DNA of 64,000 nt from a virus: the IMG/VR virus record IMGVR_UViG_3300047157_000137, positions 5,681 to 69,680 of that record; one strand, given 5' to 3'. The position numbers and the translations under genes are program-made. Below are positions 56,032 to 64,000 of the stretch, one piece after another. The notes under the pieces are model-generated. The model was not told the origin of the DNA. It searched no databases and saw only the letters and a program-made list of their open reading frames with translations. Every line of letters begins with the position of its first letter. Position 1 is the first letter of the stretch.

Positions 56032-59000
56032 ATGGCAGAAATAAAGAATAGTTTTCTAAAGTCCAAGATGAATAAAGACTTGGACGATAGGTTAATTCCT
56101 AACGGCGAGTATAGAGACGCACAGAATATATCTGTGGGTAAATCTGAAGAAGATGATATAGGTGCGTTAGAAACTGTTTTAGGCAATGTACTTATGACTG
56201 CCACGGGTTTAATATCACCAACTCTACCTAGTGATATGACTGTTATAGGATATTTAGCAGACGAATACTCTGATAAAATATATATCTTTTCTACAAATTA
56301 TACAGATAGTTACCCCGACACTCAACCAACTTATACTCCTTCTAACAAAAGATGTATTATATATGCTTTTTCACCTGGAGCTACAAACGCTGATGTTATA
56401 GTTGATAATGTATTTTTAAATTTTTCTACAACAAACCCTATACAAGCTAGTTTAATTGAAAATTTATTATTTTTTACAGATAATAGAAATGCTCCTAGAA
56501 AAGTAAATGTAGATCCAGAAAGTGGAATATCTGGATATTATACAAATGAAGACCAATTAAGTGTTGCTAAATACAACCCTTATTTGCCAATTAAAATGTT
56601 TAAAAAAGCTACCGGAGTTGTAGTAGCTAGTCCAGCACCAACTACAACTACATTTGTTGTCAGCAAAAATATTAATATATTAGCAGGAATGTCTGTTATG
56701 AGTACTAGCTCTACTGGAACAGTAAAGGTAGCTAGTTATGATTACGTAACAGTTGTAAGTGCTATAGAAAGTGGTTCTTCACCCAACGAAATAACAACAG
56801 TAACTTTATCTAGCCCTATTACAGCTCCTGTAGCTGGTGATATATTTACATTTCTTATATCTACCATGACTAATAAATCTTCAGATACTACTTGGCCTGG
56901 AGATCCTGATTACTTAGAAAGTAAATTTGTAAGATTTAGTTATAGATATAGATTTGATGATGGTGAATATTCTTTAATGGCACCATTTACACAAATTGCA
57001 TATATACCTAAACAAAAAGGTTATTTTATTAATGGTGACGAAGATGATGCTTATAGAAGCACTATACTAGGTTGGATGGAAAACAATGTTAACAATGTAG
57101 AATTGTTAATTACTTTACCTTGTCTTTTCAATCAATTAAATAGTGACTTTAAAATATCTTCAATAGATATTTTATATAAAGAGTCTGACGGCACGTCAAT
57201 AAAGGTGTTAGAAAACTTAAATCTAAGCAGTATACAACCTGACACTGTTGATAATATTTTTAGTTATAACTATCAGTCTAGAAAACCATATAAAACTTTA
57301 CCTTCTGATCAAACGACTAGAGTTTATGACGTTGTACCTGTTAGAGCATTAAGTCAAGAAACCGCTGGTAATAGAATTATTTATGGTAATTTTAGAAATG
57401 CATACACCGCACCTGGATCAATAGAATATGATGTGCAGGTTGGTGATAAAGGTGGAAAATCGTCTACTAGCTGGGTAGAATATCCTAATCACTCATTAAA
57501 ACAAAATAGAAATTATCAAGTAGGTTTTGTTCTTTCTGATAAATATGGTAGAACATCACCTGTTATTTTATCATCTGTAAGAACATCACAACCTAACTTA
57601 GGTTCTACACTGTTTTCTGCTTATAACAGTGTTTCATCTAATATAAAAGCTTGGTTAGGTGATACGTTACAAGTTTCTGTTACTCAAGCTATAACAAGCA
57701 CATCTAATGAGTATCCTGATTTTACAGAGGGTAGACCTGGTTTATATGCTATACCTACTAATGTTACTGGTTTTGCAATAACAAGTGCTCCAACAGCTAT
57801 TTCAGACACACAATATCAATTCACTCTTGATAATTCTAATACACCATCTAATGTAACGGTTCCAGTACAGGGAGATTATTTAAGAGGTGAATATATAGAT
57901 TATGTTAAAGTTGGCACTGTAACAAACGATGGTGCTACTCCACCTAGATACACTGTGCCTACAGATGGTAGAGTTAATTCTAGTTATTCAAATAATACCA
58001 CACTTGGAACAGCAGCTGATATAAAATTTGCATATAATATAAATCCTATAGGTTGGTATTCATATAAAGTTGTTTTAAAGCAAACAGAGCAGGAATATTA
58101 TAATGTATATTTACCAGGTATATTAAATGGTTATCCTGCTATAAAATCAGGTGGTATTGCTTTTCCTCAAAATGAAGATAATAAAACAGCTAACATTGTT
58201 TTAATAAATGATAATATAAATAAAGTTCCTAGAGATTTAAACGAAGTTTCAGATCAACAAAGACAATTTAGGAGTTCAGTACAATTACACGGTAGGGTTG
58301 AAAACAATTCTGCTACTACAAATATACAATTTTTCCCAGGTATATTAACAGATACAGCAGTAAGTATAGCTACATCTGATGATTCAAATATGAATTATGA
58401 TAATTTGTCTACATCTGTACCAAATGTAAGTAATCCACCTGGTGGTCAAGATAATTTATATCAAATAGATAGTAAACCTTTAATAGCTAGATTATCAACA
58501 TCAAAAACAATAGGTTCATTAACAAACGCAATGAGACCTTTTTTATCAATATATGAAACTGATCCTGTTGATTCTCTTTTAGATATATTCTGGGAAACAA
58601 ACACAGCAGGTTTAATTGCAGATTTAAACGCAGATGTTAGAACTGGATCTGACGAGCCAGTTGCTTTTACAGCTGACAATTTTCAGTTTTTAGAAAGCGA
58701 TACCGCTGGCCACGCTTTAACTGATCCTTTTTGGCCAGTATCAAGTGAAGGTGTAGTATTTAATGGTTCATATCCAACAGAAATAATTAGTGCATATTAT
58801 ACTTCCGTTAGAACAGGTAATCTACAAATTCAATTAGGTAGTGCAAATAGTTTGTTTGACATAATACAAGATGGCACAACAAGATCATACACAATAAAAC
58901 TAAAAAAATTAGCTACTTTTGTAAATGATAGTGATTCAAAAGATATTTATAGTTTTTTTATAAAAATATTAGTTACATCAAATACTTTAGCAACAGGTGC

Positions 59001-60501
59001 AACCCCAACCTTAACAATTTCAAGTGTTAAATTAGAAAATGTAGCACCATCGTTTACTCAAAGTACTTTACCAACAATAAGTATAACGGTGGATGAGGGT
59101 GGTAATCCTATGCCTGGTCAAAATACTACAGCTGTTAATGGGAGCGCTGATGCATTGCAAAACCAAACGGACTTGCATTGGTCTATTGTCTCTGGAAACC
59201 CTACAGGTACTAATGGTAATCCAGCTTTCCAAATAGAACCACGTACCGCAAATGGCAAAACTGGTGGTTTTATTTCTCAAACACCAACAAACAATGCGCC
59301 TTCGGGTTCTCACACTTTAGTTTTAAAAGTTCAAGATGCGTTTGATAGCAACAATCAAGCTGGCACAGGAAGTAAAAGCAGTCCTAATAAAAATCAAATA
59401 ATAAACATAGGGCCAATACAAGCTAATACAACTATAAGATCTGGTTGTCAAACTGGTCCTATTGACATGTTGTCACCAGCTGCCTCACAACAAGCTTTAC
59501 GAACAAAGTACAATGCTCAATATGGTATTTCAGGTATATTTTATGTAGCAGATGGCACTTTTACAAGCAGTAGCCCTGCTAGTGGATATGCTTTAACTGA
59601 TTTACCTACTGGTGTTGTTCCTAGTACAGCACAAACTGGTGATGCATCTGAAACAAACACAATGTTTAAATTGGGTAGTGCTTTATCAAAAGGAACTTTA
59701 TCCTTATCGTTAAATGCAAATATGACATGGACTGCAAATCTTCCTTCTAGTGGACTTGAAGGCGAGGTATACTGGGAAGTATATCATAGAACAAATAGTA
59801 GTTCTAGTTGGGCATCTATTGCTGACTTAAATAACACTATTTTAGATAATACAGCTAATGGTGGAAAAGGTTTAAAAATGCTTTTAGAAACAGACGCATC
59901 AGCTGGTGCAGGAGGAGTTGGTACATATTACAAACAATTTGTTTTAGCTTATAATCAAGTTGGAGAATATTTAGTTGTTGCTAATGATGCTAAAAACACT
60001 ATAGCTCCAGCTCAATTAAATTCTTTAGCTGTTTGGGTTAACTCTAATGATCTGTACTATAGTACTTGTGTAATAGAAAATGGTGTTGATTTTGCTCCAA
60101 CAGTAAACCCTTCTAATTCAGGTGTTGTTCAATCATATCAATATAAAATTGGTACATCAGCGGATGGAGGTAATAGTTTCTTTTGTCCTTCTGTTATCAG
60201 TAGTACGACATATGGATATTCTCATGTTCCTTATGGTAAATATGTAACTCAATTTTATAGCACTAGTGCTCTTACATCTACTATTTCATTTGCTGACGCA
60301 GGAGGTGGTGTAAGTAATTATAGAGCTTTTATAACACACGGCTCATCACCTTATCATGGAACTGATTCAGGAACAACAAGATTTTTCTTTTCATCAAGAT
60401 TTGTAGCTACGACCGCTAAAGTTTACGAACCAAACCCTTGGTCGCAAAACTTTGTACAAGCTTGTAGTACTTTCTATGGTTATCCAAGATCTATATCATA
60501 G
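56032..60501 (+). CDS. Tail stabilisation/nozzle-like protein, part 1
   Basis: MNKDLDDRLIPNGEYRDAQN, LLFFTDNRNAPRK, RFSYRY, GNRIIYGN, DKYGR. Confidence 0.65.
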   Translation: MAEIKNSFLKSKMNKDLDDRLIPNGEYRDAQNISVGKSEEDDIGALETVLGNVLMTATGLISPTLPSDMTVIGYLADEYSDKIYIFSTNYTDSYPDTQPTYTPSNKRCIIYAFSPGATNADVIVDNVFLNFSTTNPIQASLIENLLFFTDNRNAPRKVNVDPESGISGYYTNEDQLSVAKYNPYLPIKMFKKATGVVVASPAPTTTTFVVSKNINILAGMSVMSTSSTGTVKVASYDYVTVVSAIESGSSPNEITTVTLSSPITAPVAGDIFTFLISTMTNKSSDTTWPGDPDYLESKFVRFSYRYRFDDGEYSLMAPFTQIAYIPKQKGYFINGDEDDAYRSTILGWMENNVNNVELLITLPCLFNQLNSDFKISSIDILYKESDGTSIKVLENLNLSSIQPDTVDNIFSYNYQSRKPYKTLPSDQTTRVYDVVPVRALSQETAGNRIIYGNFRNAYTAPGSIEYDVQVGDKGGKSSTSWVEYPNHSLKQNRNYQVGFVLSDKYGRTSPVILSSVRTSQPNLGSTLFSAYNSVSSNIKAWLGDTLQVSVTQAITSTSNEYPDFTEGRPGLYAIPTNVTGFAITSAPTAISDTQYQFTLDNSNTPSNVTVPVQGDYLRGEYIDYVKVGTVTNDGATPPRYTVPTDGRVNSSYSNNTTLGTAADIKFAYNINPIGWYSYKVVLKQTEQEYYNVYLPGILNGYPAIKSGGIAFPQNEDNKTANIVLINDNINKVPRDLNEVSDQQRQFRSSVQLHGRVENNSATTNIQFFPGILTDTAVSIATSDDSNMNYDNLSTSVPNVSNPPGGQDNLYQIDSKPLIARLSTSKTIGSLTNAMRPFLSIYETDPVDSLLDIFWETNTAGLIADLNADVRTGSDEPVAFTADNFQFLESDTAGHALTDPFWPVSSEGVVFNGSYPTEIISAYYTSVRTGNLQIQLGSANSLFDIIQDGTTRSYTIKLKKLATFVNDSDSKDIYSFFIKILVTSNTLATGATPTLTISSVKLENVAPSFTQSTLPTISITVDEGGNPMPGQNTTAVNGSADALQNQTDLHWSIVSGNPTGTNGNPAFQIEPRTANGKTGGFISQTPTNNAPSGSHTLVLKVQDAFDSNNQAGTGSKSSPNKNQIINIGPIQANTTIRSGCQTGPIDMLSPAASQQALRTKYNAQYGISGIFYVADGTFTSSSPASGYALTDLPTGVVPSTAQTGDASETNTMFKLGSALSKGTLSLSLNANMTWTANLPSSGLEGEVYWEVYHRTNSSSSWASIADLNNTILDNTANGGKGLKMLLETDASAGAGGVGTYYKQFVLAYNQVGEYLVVANDAKNTIAPAQLNSLAVWVNSNDLYYSTCVIENGVDFAPTVNPSNSGVVQSYQYKIGTSADGGNSFFCPSVISSTTYGYSHVPYGKYVTQFYSTSALTSTISFADAGGGVSNYRAFITHGSSPYHGTDSGTTRFFFSSRFVATTAKVYEPNPWSQNFVQACSTFYGYPRSIS

Positions 60502-60528
60502 TAATAATGTTTAAAAATAAGTGATAAT
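60501..60528 (+). promoter_or_regulatory. Class II promoter-like motif GTAA-N16-GTGATAAT
   Basis: Fills the intergenic gap; ATG 5 nt downstream. Confidence 0.6.
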
Positions 60529-60533
60529 AAATT

Positions 60534-62141
60534 ATGGCAGCAACAATTGAAGTAAACTACTTTAACACATTCTGGTTAAAAAAAATCAAGAGTATTACAG
60601 ATGTTGCTTCTGGCTCGTCAAGTGCTTATGTTTCTAACACAGGAACTACTTTTGTAATAGGATCTTCTCTTTCAGATACTCAAATGAATATAGGACAAGA
60701 AGTTACTTTTACATATACTAGCGGATCTGGTGACACAATAAATTATTCTAGTTATGTGGTATCAAAAATTAGTGGTACATCTTTTGTCGCTGGTGCAGCA
60801 CCTAATCCAGCTGTAACAGGAACACCTACTATTTCTTTTGGTCCAATAATTAATTTCGATAATATTCCACCAGCGGAACCTAATTATCCTAGCGCTCCAG
60901 CAAATGATTGGTATATAGAAGAAGCTAGAATACGAGGAGGTTACAACAATGTATCTACAGATTATGGTGTTAAAGCTTATTTAGTAGAAGACACATTTGC
61001 ACAACAACATAGAATTAGTTCACTTATATATTCTGGTATATTTAATTCAAGAACTGGGGTAAACGATACAAATCAATTTTCAGTAGGTGAAAGCATAACT
61101 AGATCACTAGATCCAGCCAACGGTTCTATACAAAGACTTTATGCTGAAGATACTAACTTAATTATATTTCAAGAGGATAAAGTAAGTAAAGCTTTAATAG
61201 ATAAAGATGCAATATATACGGCTGAAGGATCAGCGTTAACAACGTCTGGTAGATTAGTTATAGGACAGGTTGTTGCTTATGCAGGAGAATATGGTATATC
61301 TGAAGATCCTTATAGTTTTGCTGTTTATGGTTACAGAAAATATTTTACAGATAGAAAAAGAAATTGTGTGTGTAGATTATCTATGGACGGTATAACTGAA
61401 ATATCTAGCTACGGTATGCATGATTTTTTTAGAGATGAACTAACTAAAAGTGGTATTAGAGTTGTTGGAGGATGGGATATACACACTAAAAATTATGTAG
61501 TTTCTATACAAAGCACAGTAAATTCATCATACATTACAACTTCTTATGACGAAGACGTTAGAGGTTGGACAAGTTTCTTTAGTTATAAACCCACCTATAT
61601 GGTTAGTTTAAATAGTGATTTTTATACTTTTAATGATGGTGATTTATGGAGACATCATTCAGGAGATAAATATTCATATTTTTACAACGAGGTTGATTCA
61701 AATGGAACTCCTGTAGCACAAGATTCTTATGTAACTTTAGTGCTAAATACACAACCATCTGTTGTTAAAAACTTTAAAACTTTAAACTACGAGGGTAATA
61801 ATGGTTGGGAACTTGGTTCTATGATTGCTAGCTCTAGTGATCAAACGTTGCCTATAACTAAATATGAATTTAAAAATAATTTAGCTGATCTTGAAACACA
61901 ATTTTGGTCTAACTCATTTAAAAAGAAAGAAAACAAATTTTTTGCTAATTTAATAAATAACTCTTCAGCAACTAATGGTGAAGTTTTATTTGGCCCAGAA
62001 GTTTCTGGTATAAAAGGTTTTTGGTCTACTGTTAAAATGAAAATAGATTGGAATACTACAGTTAGTTCAGATACTAATTATTATACAAATAAAAAAGAAT
62101 TATTTTCAGTGTCATCTGATACTGTAGAATCATCATACTAA
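60534..62141 (+). CDS. Tail stabilisation/nozzle-like protein, part 2
   Basis: GEYGISEDPYSF, RLSMDGITEIS, GWTSFFSYKP, KNFKTLNYEG, KKENKFF beta-propeller-type motifs. Confidence 0.65.
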   Translation: MAATIEVNYFNTFWLKKIKSITDVASGSSSAYVSNTGTTFVIGSSLSDTQMNIGQEVTFTYTSGSGDTINYSSYVVSKISGTSFVAGAAPNPAVTGTPTISFGPIINFDNIPPAEPNYPSAPANDWYIEEARIRGGYNNVSTDYGVKAYLVEDTFAQQHRISSLIYSGIFNSRTGVNDTNQFSVGESITRSLDPANGSIQRLYAEDTNLIIFQEDKVSKALIDKDAIYTAEGSALTTSGRLVIGQVVAYAGEYGISEDPYSFAVYGYRKYFTDRKRNCVCRLSMDGITEISSYGMHDFFRDELTKSGIRVVGGWDIHTKNYVVSIQSTVNSSYITTSYDEDVRGWTSFFSYKPTYMVSLNSDFYTFNDGDLWRHHSGDKYSYFYNEVDSNGTPVAQDSYVTLVLNTQPSVVKNFKTLNYEGNNGWELGSMIASSSDQTLPITKYEFKNNLADLETQFWSNSFKKKENKFFANLINNSSATNGEVLFGPEVSGIKGFWSTVKMKIDWNTTVSSDTNYYTNKKELFSVSSDTVESSY

Positions 62142-62146
62142 AACAA

Positions 62147-62881
62147 ATGGAAGAAATATTAAACATACTATTAAATTCTAATCCTGATCTTGTCTATGGG
62201 TCTTTGCTTGGTGCTATATTAGGTGGTAACAAAGCTAAAAGAGACGCTAGAAGATTAAGAAGAAAAGCTGTACAAGAAAAAAGAATTGCAACTAGTGGCA
62301 TAAAAACTATAGAAAACAACAGGCAACCAGTTATAAATCCTTATGCTAACGCTAAAGATTTAAGTTCATTAGCTAAAGATCTTAGTGGTAATCTTTCAAA
62401 TCCATTTGCTAATTTAAGTGTAGCTACAGGAGCTGCTAAAATGCAGGCTGAAGAAGCTGATATTGCTTTAGCAAACACATTAGACACTATAAGAGCTACA
62501 GGCGCGGGTGCAGGTGGTGCAACAGCTTTAGCACAAGCCGCTTTAAAAAGTAAAAAAGGTATTGCTGCTGGTATAGAAAAACAAGAAGTTGCTAATGAGA
62601 AAATGAAAGCTTCAGGCCAACAACAGTTAGAAAGGTTACAAAATGCTGAACAAGCTAGAGTACAAGGCGTACAAATAGGTGAAGGAAGAAGAATGCAAAC
62701 AGCTGAAGCAAAAGGTTTATCTTATCAATTTGAAGCTCAAGAAAGAAGAGATCAAGACAAATTAAATGATTTAAGACGTCAAAGAAATGCAGCTAGTGAT
62801 AGAGAGTGGCAAACAGAACAAATGGTAAATCAAGCGGAACAAGGAGCTCTAGGTGGTATACTAAAATCATTAGGCATGTAA
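62147..62881 (+). CDS. Putative internal virion/ejection protein
   Basis: Gly/Ala-rich GAGAGGATALAQAA, coiled coils; located after the tail genes. Confidence 0.55.
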   Translation: MEEILNILLNSNPDLVYGSLLGAILGGNKAKRDARRLRRKAVQEKRIATSGIKTIENNRQPVINPYANAKDLSSLAKDLSGNLSNPFANLSVATGAAKMQAEEADIALANTLDTIRATGAGAGGATALAQAALKSKKGIAAGIEKQEVANEKMKASGQQQLERLQNAEQARVQGVQIGEGRRMQTAEAKGLSYQFEAQERRDQDKLNDLRRQRNAASDREWQTEQMVNQAEQGALGGILKSLGM

Positions 62882-62891
62882 ATTATAAATT

Positions 62892-63989
62892 ATGGCATTA
62901 AAAGAAAAACTATTAGAAAACGAAAGATTAATAAAAGACTGTCAATATGAAGTTGAAGAGTTACAGTCTACTATGTCATATCAATTAGGTTATGAGGAAA
63001 GCATTGTTCCTCCTGTTAATTATAATGAGCTATATTATCCTTTTGTAAAAATATATGCTGATATTCAATTAGCATTGGATAATGGAACTAGTAAAAACCC
63101 TAGTGCAGATAGACAATATGCAGAAGACATCGCTAACAGCGTGGAGGTTGTAAGAGAGGGTTTAGAAAACTTAGCTTCTAATGCTGAGGTTTGGATGGAA
63201 GCTGTAATGAAATCTGGTATACAAGGTGGTTTAGATATAATGGGTACACCATATAGTAGATATAAAGCTATTAATATAATAAACGAAGATCTTCCAGGTG
63301 TTGTACAGGTTATAGCAAAAGACAACGATATTAGAAAACTTGCGTGGGATATTTACGATAAAGAAGGTAAATTTGTAGAAAGAATTTATATTAATAAATT
63401 AAATAAACTTTCTGAAACACAAGATATATTCGTTAGTATACCCGATGTTAATGATAAAAATAATGGTTTTAAAAAATCTAATCCAGAGATATTTGAACAA
63501 GAGAAAATGGGTGGAGAAGAAGTTGTATTAACTGGAGGCGTAACACAAACATATCAAAAAACAAAAGAAGATGGTAGCTTAGATCTTTATGAAAAACCAT
63601 TAAACGGAGGCTTGGTTCAAGACTTTGTAGGTATAGACAAAGAAGCTATTGGTTCTAATGGTGTTTTTAAATTAGAAATGGAAAAAATATCAAATGGTAT
63701 TTTAGAAATGCAAGAGTCTTCTGATCCTGCTATTGCTTTTAATAATAATATTTTAGCAGAGGTTACAGATCATTATTTAAAACCATCTAAAGCACTAAGA
63801 GATAATGAAAAGAAAAGATTTAAAGAAGATTATACTAAATGGTTTTTAGAAAAAGAAATAAACGATGAAATGCCAATAGGTGTTCCTAGAAAAAAAGCTG
63901 AAGAACCAGCTGCACAAGAAGAGGCTGTAGCTGAAGAACAAGCACAAGGTCAAGAACAATTACAAGAAGAACAACAAGCAGTATCTTAA
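62892..63989 (+). CDS. Putative internal virion protein (acidic)
   Basis: 365-aa ORF in the late operon. Confidence 0.5.
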   Translation: MALKEKLLENERLIKDCQYEVEELQSTMSYQLGYEESIVPPVNYNELYYPFVKIYADIQLALDNGTSKNPSADRQYAEDIANSVEVVREGLENLASNAEVWMEAVMKSGIQGGLDIMGTPYSRYKAINIINEDLPGVVQVIAKDNDIRKLAWDIYDKEGKFVERIYINKLNKLSETQDIFVSIPDVNDKNNGFKKSNPEIFEQEKMGGEEVVLTGGVTQTYQKTKEDGSLDLYEKPLNGGLVQDFVGIDKEAIGSNGVFKLEMEKISNGILEMQESSDPAIAFNNNILAEVTDHYLKPSKALRDNEKKRFKEDYTKWFLEKEINDEMPIGVPRKKAEEPAAQEEAVAEEQAQGQEQLQEEQQAVS

Positions 63990-64000
63990 ATTTAATTTAT

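Noticed and set aside
1-64000. Stop-codon reassignment as in some crAss-like phages
   Set aside because: Long genes are intact in the standard code and TAA, TAG and TGA all end genes; the few broken genes need frameshifts, not readthrough

Overview
AT-rich dsDNA tailed-phage genome segment, most likely a podovirus-type phage of marine Bacteroidota (Flavobacteriia). Host and taxonomy are inferred from gene content, an SSB ending DDLPF and A-rich start regions without Shine-Dalgarno motifs. The minus-strand arm (about 3.8-21.6 kb) holds early small genes, tRNA-fMet, tRNA-like RNAs, a frameshifted ligase, a pyrimidine-dimer glycosylase, a sigma factor, ERF/RecE-like recombination genes, SSB, a primase-helicase, a thymidylate-synthase-family gene, MazG-like genes, a resolvase and class I RNR. 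It has no recognisable DNA polymerase. The plus-strand arm (21.9-64 kb, probably continuing into 1-3.7 kb) holds four tail fibres, GroEL/GroES, endolysin, holin, terminase, portal, scaffold, capsid, tail and internal virion proteins. The most notable observations are: (1) a ~350-nt structured RNA ending in a 97-nt tmRNA-like tRNA domain with alanine identity (G3:U70, A73) and no internal mRNA domain; (2) a thymidylate-synthase homologue with the dCMP-specific Asp, next to a GIY-YIG-like/MazG fusion, suggesting cytosine-modified DNA; (3) two fixed-spacing promoter-like motifs, most copies placed to give leaderless mRNAs; (4) a second, tandem-domain GroES-like protein; (5) DNA-level conserved junction repeats in the tail fibres. 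All product calls are by motif recognition by eye; no searches were run.
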